Part shown: positions 9,661 through 19,744 of the stretch, piece by piece
Position numbering within the stretch: position 1 is the stretch's first letter
Layout of the letters: the number at the start of each line of letters is the position of its first letter
DNA from: Candidatus Omnitrophota bacterium
Lineage (GTDB): Bacteria; Ratteibacteria; UBA8468; B48-G9; DTJG01
Assembly (NCBI GenBank): GCA_023818965.1
Contig: JAMWCD010000003.1
Location: 126,533-190,532 of the forward strand
Direction of reading: 5' to 3'
Length of the DNA stretch: 64,000 bases
Notes under the pieces: model-generated
What the model was told of the DNA's origin: nothing
Seen by the model: only the letters and a program-made list of their open reading frames with translations
Database searches by the model: none
Made by a program: the position numbers and the translations under genes

Positions 9661-10735
9661 TGTACACCTTTTTCAGCCGTGGTACACCAAAACCTGTCAT
9701 AATTGCATGCGGAACAGTGTGACATATTTCTGCCATATCTTCAATGGAAAGTTGTTCATCAAGAAAAATGACGGGCTGACCTTCTTTCATTTCTTTTTTT
9801 ATTTCAATCATTGACTGGTCCATACATATTTTTCCCCTGATAGGGTAAAGATCTTCATGATGTTTCATATAGAATTTATTTGAAAGGGATCTGTTTAATC
9901 CATCTCCATAACCAATCCCAACAACAGCAATTGTTGTCTTTTCAGGACAGACAAAGCTTCTACCATAACTGATAGATGTACCTGCAGGAACATCTCTGAC
10001 TGAAATAACAGAAGCCATCCCCTTAATTGCATATTTCAAAGACGGAATTTTTTTGAATATCCGTAAATAAAGTGATGGATAGACCCCGTAAAGAAGTAAT
10101 CCTGTTCTCACCATAGAAAAATCTTCAATGCTTTCAGGAAGATTAACAATGCCTCCTGAATTTGCGATATGTGTAATACCCCGCATTTTCACAGGAATTG
10201 CAGAAAGTATTTTTCGAAAAATTTCAATCTGATTGATTGCAAATTTTTTATCAGGGCTTTCTGAAGTTGAAAGATGGGAAAAAACCCCGCAGATCTTTAA
10301 TCTCTTTACGTTTCTGAGTAATTTTATTGCTTCACAGGTATCTTCGGGCATAATCCCTGTTCTTCCCATTCCAGTATCAAACTTCAAAAAAATCGAAATA
10401 CCGTCTGTGTTAATAATTTCTTTTAAAAAATTGATGCTTGATGCTGTAAGGGTAATATTATGGTCTGTTGCCTTTCTAATTTCTGATGGAACAACAGGAG
10501 ACATTACCAGAATTGGTTTTATAATCCCTGCCTTCCTCAATGATACTGCCTCATCAATGGTTGCAACACCAAACCAGTCAACTTCCTTTTCAATTTTTTT
10601 ACTGATTCTTGTTCCACCCATTCCATAGGCATTGCATTTTACACAGGCAAGAACTTTTTTCCCTGTAATTTTTTTTATCACCCTGACATTATGTAATATA
10701 GCATCAAGGTCAATGATAAGTGTTCTACTGTTCAT
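9653..10735 (-). CDS. alr: alanine racemase
   Basis: PLP-lysine motif VKCNAYGMGG, FSHLSTSE and typical length (360 aa). Confidence 0.85.
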   Translation of the reverse strand: MNSRTLIIDLDAILHNVRVIKKITGKKVLACVKCNAYGMGGTRISKKIEKEVDWFGVATIDEAVSLRKAGIIKPILVMSPVVPSEIRKATDHNITLTASSINFLKEIINTDGISIFLKFDTGMGRTGIMPEDTCEAIKLLRNVKRLKICGVFSHLSTSESPDKKFAINQIEIFRKILSAIPVKMRGITHIANSGGIVNLPESIEDFSMVRTGLLLYGVYPSLYLRIFKKIPSLKYAIKGMASVISVRDVPAGTSISYGRSFVCPEKTTIAVVGIGYGDGLNRSLSNKFYMKHHEDLYPIRGKICMDQSMIEIKKEMKEGQPVIFLDEQLSIEDMAEICHTVPHAIMTGFGVPRLKKVYIG

Positions 10736-11420
10736 TTTCTTTCATTTCCCTTCTTATTTGTTCAACAACCGCCACAGGATTTTTACTTTCAATAATAGGT
10801 CTTCCAACCACTATAAAATCTGCTCCTGATTTTACTGCCAGGGAAACAGTGGCAACTCTTTTCTGGTCATCTTTAGTATCAAAAGGTCTTATTCCAGGAC
10901 ATATCATCAGAAATTTTTCTGGAAATTTATTCCTTAAAAATTTCAGGTCAGGTACAGAACATACAATACCATCAATTCCGCTTTGATATCCAATATCTGC
11001 GAGACGAGTGATTTGAAAATTAATGTCTTCATTAATACCGGTTTCTGCAAGGTCATCCTGAGAAAATGAGGTAAGCACTGTCACACCTATGATTTTTGTT
11101 TCACATCCTTTTTTATTCCTTGCATTAACTGCTGATCCAAGCATCCTTTTACCACCAGAAATATGAACGGTCAAAAGTGAAATCCCCATATCACAGGCAA
11201 TTTCCACTGCTTTACCCACTGTGTTTGGAATATCAAAAAATTTCAAATCAAGAAAAATTTTTTTACCCCTTTGCTGTAACATCTTCACCACATCAATACC
11301 AAATGCAGTGAATGGTATGGCTCCGATTTTATAGTAGTTTACATTTTCACCGAGTTTTTCAACAATATCATTCAACTGTTTCCATTCACTGATATCAAGA
11401 CTTACAATCAATTCAGACAT
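10725..11420 (-). CDS. pyrF: orotidine 5'-phosphate decarboxylase
   Basis: LIVSLDI, IFLDLKFFDIPNTV, PGIR and ADFIVVGRPI. Start set at ATG 11420 after an AGGAAG SD. Confidence 0.85.
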   Translation of the reverse strand: MSELIVSLDISEWKQLNDIVEKLGENVNYYKIGAIPFTAFGIDVVKMLQQRGKKIFLDLKFFDIPNTVGKAVEIACDMGISLLTVHISGGKRMLGSAVNARNKKGCETKIIGVTVLTSFSQDDLAETGINEDINFQITRLADIGYQSGIDGIVCSVPDLKFLRNKFPEKFLMICPGIRPFDTKDDQKRVATVSLAVKSGADFIVVGRPIIESKNPVAVVEQIRREMKENEQ

Positions 11421-12480
11421 TTTTTCTTCCTGTGCTTTCGAGAATTGCCACACAAATAAGAATCAGTATTACCTGGCAGAAAATAATAATACCTGCTGAA
11501 AAGTTTGTTCTATTAAGTACCAGTGCTCCAAGACCAGTGGCAAGCGTCAGAAGATAACAGAAAATCACTGCCTGTACCTGATTCATTCCAAGTTTAACAA
11601 GTCGATGGGAAATGTGATTTGTATCTGCCTCAAATATGCTTCTTTTATTTTTTATTCTTATGTAGATCACACTAAGAGTATCAAAAAATGGGAGTGAAAA
11701 AATCAATAATGGGCTTAATGCGGGTAAAATATTATATTGCGGCTCGTAACGATAATAGGTTCCCATAATTGCAAGGCAGGCGAGAAAATATCCAAGAAAA
11801 CTGCTTCCACACTCGCCAAGAAAAATTTTTGCATCGGGAAAATTGTATTTGAGAAAACCAAGTACAGCACCGGTAAAACAGGCAAGGAGAGTTGAAATAA
11901 AAATCTGTCCATTGTTCACTGCTGAGAAAAAGAATATCCCACCAGCAATAGCAGCCACCCCTGCAGCAAGACCATTTGTGTGGTCAAGCAAATTGAAACT
12001 ATTCATGCAAACAACAATCCAGCCCAGAGTAAAAATTAATTGAACAATCGTATATGGCGAAAAAAAAGAAATCCTTATCCCTGCAAGAAAGGTTATAATT
12101 CCGCAAACAATCTGAAAAACCAATTTTATAACTGGTCTTAAGTGATACACATCATCGAGAAATCCGACAATAACAACAATTGCTGATGTGATGAGAAATA
12201 TAATCAATTTTGGTAGAACAGATAATATTCCACTTGAATATGAAGAAAAATTTTCTGGAAGAAATTTTTTTAAAAACAGTCCTGTAATAACTGTGGCGAG
12301 AATTGAAAAATATATTGCAATACCCCCGGAAAGAGGCGTTGGTAATTTATGAATTTTCCTTGGCGAAGACGGGTGGTCAAGAACATTAAAAGCAAGAGCA
12401 AATCTTCTTGCAACAGGGACACTCGCAAGAGAAAACATTAACGAAACCAGAAAAACACCAGTATATATAACATTCCACAT
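11413..12480 (-). CDS. polyprenyl-phosphate sugar-1-phosphate transferase (MraY/WecA, GT4 family)
   Basis: Multi-pass membrane protein with GFLDDVYHL (DDxxK-type motif) and NSFNLLDHTNGLAAG in place of NxxNxxDGxDGL. Confidence 0.8.
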   Translation of the reverse strand: MWNVIYTGVFLVSLMFSLASVPVARRFALAFNVLDHPSSPRKIHKLPTPLSGGIAIYFSILATVITGLFLKKFLPENFSSYSSGILSVLPKLIIFLITSAIVVIVGFLDDVYHLRPVIKLVFQIVCGIITFLAGIRISFFSPYTIVQLIFTLGWIVVCMNSFNLLDHTNGLAAGVAAIAGGIFFFSAVNNGQIFISTLLACFTGAVLGFLKYNFPDAKIFLGECGSSFLGYFLACLAIMGTYYRYEPQYNILPALSPLLIFSLPFFDTLSVIYIRIKNKRSIFEADTNHISHRLVKLGMNQVQAVIFCYLLTLATGLGALVLNRTNFSAGIIIFCQVILILICVAILESTGRKNV

Positions 12481-12487
12481 ATGAACT

Positions 12488-12523
12488 GGAAAACAGGTTG
12501 TTTTTCTTTCTGCACCTGTTTCC
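12488..12523 (-). terminator. stem-loop between rny and the downstream transferase gene (weak terminator or attenuator)
   Basis: AAACAGGT (12491-12498) pairs with ACCTGTTT (12514-12521). On the minus strand the 3' arm runs into TTTT. There is no separate U-tract, so this is weak. Confidence 0.35.
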
Positions 12524-12525
12524 TA

Positions 12526-14100
12526 TTACCTTGCAAATTCTGTTTCTCTTTTTTCCCTTATAACAGTAACCTTAACCTGTCCAATATATTTCAGGTCTTC
12601 CTCGATTTTTCTTGCGATGTCCCTTGCCAGCATCATTGCCTGCTGGTCTGAAATTTCATCAGGTTTCACAATCACCCTGATTTCCCTGCCTGCTGATATT
12701 GCATATGCCTGGTCAACTCCCTTAAATGAAGACCCAATCTTTTCAAGTTCTTCAACTCGACGCAAATAACTTTCAAGAGTGTCCCGTCTCGCACCTGGCC
12801 TTGTTGCAGAAAGAGCATCAGAAATTTGAACAATCACTGTATATGGAGATGCGATATCAAGGTCTTTGTGATGATTCAGTGCAGCATCAACCACTTCTTC
12901 TGGTTCTCCACATCTTCTCAAAACATCCGCTCCGATATCAGGATGACTTCCTTCAACTTCCTGGTCAAGTGCCTTCCCTATATCATGCAGTAGCGCAGCC
13001 CTTCTCGCCATTTTTGGATTGAGCCCAAGTTCTGCTGCAATCATTCCTGCAAGATATGCTGATTCCTTTGCATGCTGAAGGACATTCTGACCAAAACTTG
13101 TTCGATATCTCAATCTACCCAGCAATTTTATGATTTCTGGATGGAGGTTTTCAATTCCAAGGTCAAATGCAACATTCTTTCCATCCTCAATCAGTTTTTC
13201 TTCCATTTCCTGAGTTGTTTTCTGAACAACTTCCTCAATCCTTCCCGGATGTATTCTTCCATCAGCAATCAACCTTTCAAGGGCAATCCTTGCTATTTCC
13301 CTCCTATAGATATTGAAAGATGAAATTGTGATTGCCTGAGGTGTATCATCAACAATCAGGTCAACCCCTGTGGCTGCTTCAAAAGCCCTGATGTTCCTGC
13401 CTTCTCTTCCGATTATTCTGCCCTTGATTTCATCATTTGGCAAACTGACAACAGCAACAGTACTTTCTGTTGCTGCTTCAGAAGCAAGCCGTTGCATCGC
13501 TGAAAGTAAAATTTCCATCGCCTTTTTATTTCCTATCTCCCTTGCCTCTGCTTCTATTTTTCTGATAATTTCAATGGAACTATTTTTAGCTTCCTGTTCC
13601 ATGGCTTTTAACAACGTTTCCTTTGCCTGTTCCCTTGTCATTCCTGATATTTCTTCAAGTTTTTTTATTTCCTGTTCAATTCTGTTTTCAAGTTCCTGGA
13701 TTTTCTGTTGAATCTGTTGTTCTTTTTCAGCAAGCTGTGCTTCCCTTATACTGATTTCACTTTCTCTCTTTTCAATGAGTTCAGATTTCTTTTCAAGCAG
13801 AATCTCCCTCTGATTCAAACGTCTTTCAAGAAATTGTAATTCCTTTCTCTTATTTCTCGTTTCTTTCTCAAATTCAGCACGAAGCCGATATAATGTTTCC
13901 TTTGTTTGAATATCAAGTTCTTTTTTTCTCGTAAGAGCAATATTTTCTGCTTCTCTTATGATTTCTTTTGCTCTTTCTTCTGCTGCTTTAATGGTTCTTT
14001 CGCCGACGAATTTCCTCCACAGGTACCCTATCAGAAGCGCAAGGGCACCCCAGAATATAAACAACGGTATAATTATTGGTGTTGAGTTAATGGTAACCAC
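12526..14100 (-). CDS. rny: ribonuclease Y
   Basis: N-terminal TM helix, long coiled coil, KH motif GRIIGREGRNIRAFE and HD motif LLHDIGKA. GTG start. Confidence 0.95.
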   Translation of the reverse strand: MVTINSTPIIIPLFIFWGALALLIGYLWRKFVGERTIKAAEERAKEIIREAENIALTRKKELDIQTKETLYRLRAEFEKETRNKRKELQFLERRLNQREILLEKKSELIEKRESEISIREAQLAEKEQQIQQKIQELENRIEQEIKKLEEISGMTREQAKETLLKAMEQEAKNSSIEIIRKIEAEAREIGNKKAMEILLSAMQRLASEAATESTVAVVSLPNDEIKGRIIGREGRNIRAFEAATGVDLIVDDTPQAITISSFNIYRREIARIALERLIADGRIHPGRIEEVVQKTTQEMEEKLIEDGKNVAFDLGIENLHPEIIKLLGRLRYRTSFGQNVLQHAKESAYLAGMIAAELGLNPKMARRAALLHDIGKALDQEVEGSHPDIGADVLRRCGEPEEVVDAALNHHKDLDIASPYTVIVQISDALSATRPGARRDTLESYLRRVEELEKIGSSFKGVDQAYAISAGREIRVIVKPDEISDQQAMMLARDIARKIEEDLKYIGQVKVTVIREKRETEFAR

Positions 14101-14215
14101 CCCCTTACAGTAAATCGGGGAAATCCGGGAAGATTAATGCAGTAGTAGCAAATGCGTGCTACTCACAAAACTGTTTTTGACTACATAACAAAGGGTTACA
14201 ATTTGTTTTTTCATT

Positions 14216-15787
14216 TTATAACCTTATTAATTGCACTGACCTGATTCCCGGAAATTTCCCGATTTCGTTAATTGTTTGATTGTCTATTTCCTGGTCAAGG
14301 TTTAACACTGTTATTGCAGGACCGCCCCTGACCTTACGGCCCATCGTCATTGAAGCAATATTTACATTTCTTTTTCCAAGAACCATCCCAATATGACCGA
14401 CGATTCCTGGAACATCATCATTCCTGCATACAATAAGTGCTCCGTCAGGTACTGCCTCTACAGGATAATCGTCTATTTTTACAATTCTTGGCTCAGATGC
14501 AACAACAGTACCTGCGAGAGAAATATTTTTACCATCGATTTCAGCTTCTGCAGTAATAAGGTTTGAAAATTGCTGCGCTGAAATTTTTTTCTTTTCAGCA
14601 AGTTTTACTCCATTTTCTTTAAGAATTAACGGTGCATTTACATATGTTGCAGGCTGAAACCATTCAACAAAACCCTTCATCAAATATGCCCTTATTGGTC
14701 TTGTATCATAATTGGTTATTTCCCCTGCGTACTCGATTGTCAAACTTTCAGGCATTTTGCTAATCATCTGCCCCAGAAACAATCCTATTTTTTCAGCAAG
14801 GGTTAAATAGCCGCCAAACCGTGATATAACCTCCTTGTCAATTGATGGAACATTTGCTGCATTTTTTATGATTTTATGAATAAGGGCATCCACTATTTGC
14901 TTGCATATATCACGCGCAACATTAATCTGTGCTTCTTTTGTAGAAGCCCCTAAATGAGGTGTCACCACAACATTGTCCATACCTATCAATCCCGAACAAA
15001 CAGGTGGCTCTGTAGAAAAAACATCAAGTGCTGCAGCCTTTATTTTACCATTTTTGATATATTTTTCTAATATGGATTCATCAAAAAGTCCGCCCCTTGC
15101 AACATTAACAATCATCACCCCATCTTTCATCATTGAAAAATGTTTTTCCTTCAAAATATTTTCTGTATCCTTATTCAGAGGTAGGTGAAGTGTAATAATA
15201 TCCGCCTGACTGCACACACCCTCAAGCGTAACAAGAGTTACACCAAGTTGTTGCATCTCATCTTCGCTAACAAATGGGTCATATCCAAGTATATTCATTC
15301 CAAAGGCAGTCGCATAATGTGCAACGCGTCTTCCTATTCTTCCAAGTCCTATAATACCGAGTGTTTTACCAAAAAGTTCTGTACCCATAAATTTTTTCCT
15401 GTCCCACTTACCACTTTTCATTGATGCACACGCTGAAGGAATCTGACGAGCCATAGCCAGTATCAAACCAAAAGTATGCTCTGCAGCAGAAATAGTATTA
15501 CCTTCAGGTGCATTCATAACTATAATACCACGTTGCGTTGCTGCTTCAACATCAATATTATCAAGTCCAACCCCGGCACGACCAATAATTTTTAATTTTT
15601 TCCCTTTCTCAATAACAGATGCATTCACCTTTGTAGCGCTTCTTACTATCAAAACATCGTAATCTCCAATAATTTCACAGAGTTGCTCCACAGTCAACTT
15701 GCCATGTTCGTCAACATGGAATCCTTCCCTTTTTAAAACCTCAATACCCTCTTTTTCAATATTGTCTGTTGCAAGTACTTTTATCAT
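14216..15787 (-). CDS. serA: D-3-phosphoglycerate dehydrogenase (long form with ACT domain)
   Basis: GRAGVGLDNIDVEAAT, GLGRIGRRVA NAD motif and a 523-aa length with a C-terminal ACT-like region. Confidence 0.9.
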   Translation of the reverse strand: MIKVLATDNIEKEGIEVLKREGFHVDEHGKLTVEQLCEIIGDYDVLIVRSATKVNASVIEKGKKLKIIGRAGVGLDNIDVEAATQRGIIVMNAPEGNTISAAEHTFGLILAMARQIPSACASMKSGKWDRKKFMGTELFGKTLGIIGLGRIGRRVAHYATAFGMNILGYDPFVSEDEMQQLGVTLVTLEGVCSQADIITLHLPLNKDTENILKEKHFSMMKDGVMIVNVARGGLFDESILEKYIKNGKIKAAALDVFSTEPPVCSGLIGMDNVVVTPHLGASTKEAQINVARDICKQIVDALIHKIIKNAANVPSIDKEVISRFGGYLTLAEKIGLFLGQMISKMPESLTIEYAGEITNYDTRPIRAYLMKGFVEWFQPATYVNAPLILKENGVKLAEKKKISAQQFSNLITAEAEIDGKNISLAGTVVASEPRIVKIDDYPVEAVPDGALIVCRNDDVPGIVGHIGMVLGKRNVNIASMTMGRKVRGGPAITVLNLDQEIDNQTINEIGKFPGIRSVQLIRL

Positions 15788-15887
15788 TTGAAATTCTCCT
15801 TATATTTATTTTATCATAAGGAAGGCATCTGTCAAAAAACGCAGGTACCTGTTAGAAACATTGAGATACAGAAAGCAAAATAATTTG

Positions 15888-17855
15888 TTATCCAATAACA
15901 ACAGCACAAAACGAATGTTGTGGTAAATTCTTGATTTTCAATATCTTACCTTTTATCTCTGCTGATTCAGGAACAGTCCCATTAATTTTTAATACTTTCA
16001 TCGTTGCATTTTTCGGTACATCAAGCTCTTTTGTTTCTATTATGACATTACCGCTAATATTCTCATTATCAGAAAGATTTGTCACAAGTAAAAGACATTT
16101 ACCCTGGTCTGATTGCCACAAACTCGGAAAGAGCCAGTATTCTTCGCAATGCACTGCCTCTGTAGGACAATATGCAGGATTGTGGAGTTTTATATAATTT
16201 CCAGGTACAGACAGCATAGCATCCCATAATGGCTTTATATAGGCAACTGCCTTTTCAAAAGGTACATTTGGTTCAAGAACAGGATGCCCTGTCATTCCAA
16301 ACGCAGTACAGATTGCAGATGCCTTTTTCCCTGAAAACATTGCCCTATCTTTCAAGTTCCCGCTGATTAGATGTGCACCTGAACAATCAAGGCATGAATA
16401 ATATGCGGTACTTTCTGGTAATTCAAGAAGTTCGTCGTGTCTTATTGATAGTTCTCCACACAATGCAACATCAAGACAACTCTGGCTGAGAGCGAATGGA
16501 AAACCCGTATGCCCAATAATTGCACCGTATTCTCCGATTCTTTTTCTGATTGCTTTCAAATACATAAAATAACCATAAGAAGACCAGTGAATTAAGCTTG
16601 TCTTTGTAAAGCCCATCGCATGGGGACTGTTCCAGTCAGGGTAAAAACCATCCCAGTCCTTTTTCATGTAATCTTCAAACCATGTCTGATACATTTGATA
16701 TTGTTCACATCCCCTAATATAAGTCAAAACCCTCATTCCACGCTGGTGACACCTGTCAACAAATGCCTTAAACCATTCAGGGTCCTTAACAACATAATCA
16801 GCAGGCGGCTCGCAGTTTGTACCTGGATTTCTCATCCAGAACTGATGGATAATCATCACATTGGCTCCAAGGTCTGCTGCTTCATCAACCCTTTTTATAT
16901 CAGGATTTCCCTTAAACAACTGTGGTTTTTGACACGCCACCTGTTTGATCGGCATCAAAACCCATGGCCAGTCCTTGCCAATTTGAGCATAGGGATACAT
17001 ACAGTGGGCAACCCTGCAACCAAGAACATTATTCCTGTAAGCAGGATCAACGTTTTTACCGCTCTGTGTTCTGGATGTTAAAAATATCATGCCCCACTTG
17101 TTTCTGTATCTCACTGGTTCAGAAACATTCATCTGGGTCCCATGAAAAATATACCATTGTAAAGTCCATTTATTTCCCTGTTTTCCACCATAACTCATTG
17201 TGTACTGTCGTGCAGCGTCATTAAAAGATGTCCATTCATCAAGAACAAATTCAATTTTGTTGCTAAAAAATTTTGTATTTTCCCATCCAAGATCAATTGA
17301 TGCAAGTGGCCATAGTTCCCTCTGGCAGGAAATCTCATCAGGACGTTTATAAAGATCCATGCCATAAAATACATGTGTTGTTGAATAATCCCTTTTATAC
17401 CATGGTTCTCTTGTAAAATATCCCCATCGTGCAGTTTTTACACCCGATATATCAAGAAATGTATTCATTGATATCTCACTCAAAACGAACGATTTTTTTT
17501 CATCAACATCAAAAATTTGCTCGCAAAAAACAGCACCCTCTTTATGCACCTCATATGTCTGGGTTATTTTTATCAGCCCTTTTGCAATCATTGCTTCATT
17601 TTTTATCACAACTCTATCATTATCTTCTGATTCCACAGTCAATTTTGAATGTGTATCGGATAATTTATACGATTGTCCATCAATGATAAATTTGATATCA
17701 CATACTGGCTCTTTTCCATCAACCAGTTTATGTGTTTCCTTTTCATTTTTACAGGCAAAACCAACTATTTCTCCACCTCTTTCAGCATCCCACGTAATTT
17801 TCCCTGTACCTGTTTCAACAGTTATTTTCTTTCCGTTTTTGCTCAGTTTTAACAT
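15888..17855 (-). CDS. hypothetical protein, 655 aa, cytoplasmic, Cys- and Trp-rich; possible beta-sandwich plus TIM-barrel carbohydrate-active enzyme
   Basis: Long uninterrupted ORF with no signal peptide. The N-terminus (KITVETGTGKITWDAERGGEIVGF) looks like the beta-sandwich leaders of glycosidase-like proteins. I recognise no family motif. Confidence 0.3.
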   Translation of the reverse strand: MLKLSKNGKKITVETGTGKITWDAERGGEIVGFACKNEKETHKLVDGKEPVCDIKFIIDGQSYKLSDTHSKLTVESEDNDRVVIKNEAMIAKGLIKITQTYEVHKEGAVFCEQIFDVDEKKSFVLSEISMNTFLDISGVKTARWGYFTREPWYKRDYSTTHVFYGMDLYKRPDEISCQRELWPLASIDLGWENTKFFSNKIEFVLDEWTSFNDAARQYTMSYGGKQGNKWTLQWYIFHGTQMNVSEPVRYRNKWGMIFLTSRTQSGKNVDPAYRNNVLGCRVAHCMYPYAQIGKDWPWVLMPIKQVACQKPQLFKGNPDIKRVDEAADLGANVMIIHQFWMRNPGTNCEPPADYVVKDPEWFKAFVDRCHQRGMRVLTYIRGCEQYQMYQTWFEDYMKKDWDGFYPDWNSPHAMGFTKTSLIHWSSYGYFMYLKAIRKRIGEYGAIIGHTGFPFALSQSCLDVALCGELSIRHDELLELPESTAYYSCLDCSGAHLISGNLKDRAMFSGKKASAICTAFGMTGHPVLEPNVPFEKAVAYIKPLWDAMLSVPGNYIKLHNPAYCPTEAVHCEEYWLFPSLWQSDQGKCLLLVTNLSDNENISGNVIIETKELDVPKNATMKVLKINGTVPESAEIKGKILKIKNLPQHSFCAVVIG

Positions 17856-17935
17856 TTTAGAAACCTCCTTTTTAAATTTTCAAAAAAATAATATTACAAC
17901 AGAAACCGTTGATTGTCCAGAAAGAAGCACAATCG

Positions 17936-17944
17936 TGGTATAAT
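17936..17944 (+). promoter_or_regulatory. extended -10 box TGGTATAAT, 6 nt upstream of the HAD gene ATG
   Basis: TGG 17936-17938, TATAAT 17939-17944, then aacaat, then ATG 17951. No SD in between. Confidence 0.5.
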
Positions 17945-17950
17945 AACAAT

Positions 17951-18823
17951 ATGAAAAACAAGGCAATTGTGTTTGATTTTGACGGTCCTCTTGTTGGAAG
18001 CGGCAGGGATAAATCAATTCATATTCTTTTTTCAGCATATGTGTCATGCTGGGAAACCTGCTTCAAAAAATTTCTCCATCCAGAAAATCCGGAAATTGAC
18101 CTTGAAAAAATGCTCAAAGGACTGAAAAAATATCCTGGAGCACCACGTTTCCAGCAACTATCTGCTATTATCAGTTGTCTTGTAAGGGATAAGCCGGAGG
18201 CAGTACAGAGCCCTGCTGAACTTGGAATAGACAGTCACCTTCAACAACAGTACAAAAAATTACAGGAAAAATATAATGAATACTATTCCTCACTTAATAA
18301 GGCAGCAGCAAAAAAGTTCTGGAAGGTGCTTGAAGGCGTGAAGGAAATTATTGAAAAATTTTCAAAAGATTATGATTTGTATGTTGCTTCTGGTATTATT
18401 CAGGAAATTCTTGAGAAAGATTTTGAACATCACGGATTTGATAAGAAATACTTCGCAGGTATTATGGGTAGCAACACTACAGGAGACATTGATAAATCAG
18501 TGATATTGAAAAAAATAAAAGAGAAAGGATACAAGGATATTCTTTTTATAGGAGATTCAAGAAAGGACTTTGAATATGCAAGAAAAGCAGGAGTAAAATT
18601 TTTTAAAGTGAAAACATCTGATGACTATAAAAGGTTATTGAAACAAATGAAACAAACATTTCCTGATGAACAGGATGTATGTGAATTTTCTGAAGAAGAA
18701 ATTAAACTGATAAAGTCAAAAGTTCTTGCACTTATGAAACTATATGCTTCAGGAAATCGACCAACCTATGATGAAATCACAACATTTATAAATACTGGAA
18801 AATTTGGACTAAATCCTCAATGA
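17951..18823 (+). CDS. HAD-superfamily hydrolase
   Basis: MKNKAIVFDFDGPLV (DxDG motif I near the N-terminus) and GDSRKDFEYARKAG (motif IV). The ORF-track TTG start at 17909 adds 14 residues ahead of motif I. Confidence 0.75.
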   Translation: MKNKAIVFDFDGPLVGSGRDKSIHILFSAYVSCWETCFKKFLHPENPEIDLEKMLKGLKKYPGAPRFQQLSAIISCLVRDKPEAVQSPAELGIDSHLQQQYKKLQEKYNEYYSSLNKAAAKKFWKVLEGVKEIIEKFSKDYDLYVASGIIQEILEKDFEHHGFDKKYFAGIMGSNTTGDIDKSVILKKIKEKGYKDILFIGDSRKDFEYARKAGVKFFKVKTSDDYKRLLKQMKQTFPDEQDVCEFSEEEIKLIKSKVLALMKLYASGNRPTYDEITTFINTGKFGLNPQ

Positions 18824-19744
18824 AGACCTTTCAATAACACCATGCTCCATTGGTTTATTTTTCAATACTTCATTGGGACCGTAAAATCCTTTGCTGATTC
18901 TACACAGTGAATAAAAAATTGTGTTTGGTCCAACAAAAACACCCGGGTCAGAAACAGAATTACAACCAACCTGTGAAAAATCGCCCAGGATAATACCTAT
19001 CTTTGGTCTTCCTATATCATACTTTTTTTCTCCAATCTCAATCACAACATTTTTTTTGCCAAAGATACCTGCATAAATTCCAAGGTTTGCTGTTGTTGCC
19101 TGATTCCCGAAATGCGTAGCATAACCGCAGATACTATCACCAACATATGATGGATGCGGAAAATTTGCTTTATCCATCATCACTCCATTTTTTATCTCTC
19201 CGCGGAATGTTCCATTATCTCCAATAATAACATCTCCCCTTAAATATGTGCCCTGTCTGATTTCATTTTTATTCCCTATGATTGTTGGTCCTTTAATACC
19301 AACGCCAGGTTCAATGGAATTGTTTTCTCCAATATAGATATCACCTTCATCAAGAAAAATATTTACACCTGCGAGAACCGTTCCTTTTCCAACAAAAAGA
19401 GTAAACCTTTTACCATTGAGTGAACCCTTGATAAAAGATGGTTCTACAATTGCTCCATCTTCTGCATATATCACAAAATCACCAATACATTTTCCTTTGA
19501 AATAATTTTTATCCATTTCTTTTAATGAAGATGTCTCCTTTTTTTCGCTGATTGCTTTTGTTATCCATTCGCAAGCATAGGGATGAATTGCATCAAGCAC
19601 AGAAACAACAGAATTCACATCACGCCTGGAAAAAAGCCCTTGATGCTTAAACGGATGCTTTTCAAAATCAAAATAGAATTCAACCTTTAACCTCTGTGGA
19701 ACTTCATCTGGAGAAAGTTCCTTTAGTTTGATAATTTCTTCCAT
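18809..19744 (-). CDS. left-handed beta-helix (hexapeptide-repeat) protein, GlmU-C-terminal-like, no nucleotidyltransferase domain
   Basis: Imperfect hexapeptide repeats: GVGIKGPTIIGNKNEIRQGTYLRGDVIIGDNGTFRGEIKNGV. Start set at ATG 19744 after AAGGAGGCAAA. The upstream 125 codons of the track ORF are low-complexity. Confidence 0.6.
   Translation of the reverse strand: MEEIIKLKELSPDEVPQRLKVEFYFDFEKHPFKHQGLFSRRDVNSVVSVLDAIHPYACEWITKAISEKKETSSLKEMDKNYFKGKCIGDFVIYAEDGAIVEPSFIKGSLNGKRFTLFVGKGTVLAGVNIFLDEGDIYIGENNSIEPGVGIKGPTIIGNKNEIRQGTYLRGDVIIGDNGTFRGEIKNGVMMDKANFPHPSYVGDSICGYATHFGNQATTANLGIYAGIFGKKNVVIEIGEKKYDIGRPKIGIILGDFSQVGCNSVSDPGVFVGPNTIFYSLCRISKGFYGPNEVLKNKPMEHGVIERSSLRI

Noticed and set aside
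14101-14215. Possible regulatory structure in the rny 5' region: a CCCC...GGGG pairing that could mask the G-rich SD, and an AGTAGCA/TGCTACT hairpin.
   Set aside because: The stems are short (4-7 bp) and I cannot evaluate conservation or energy. This is not strong enough to call.
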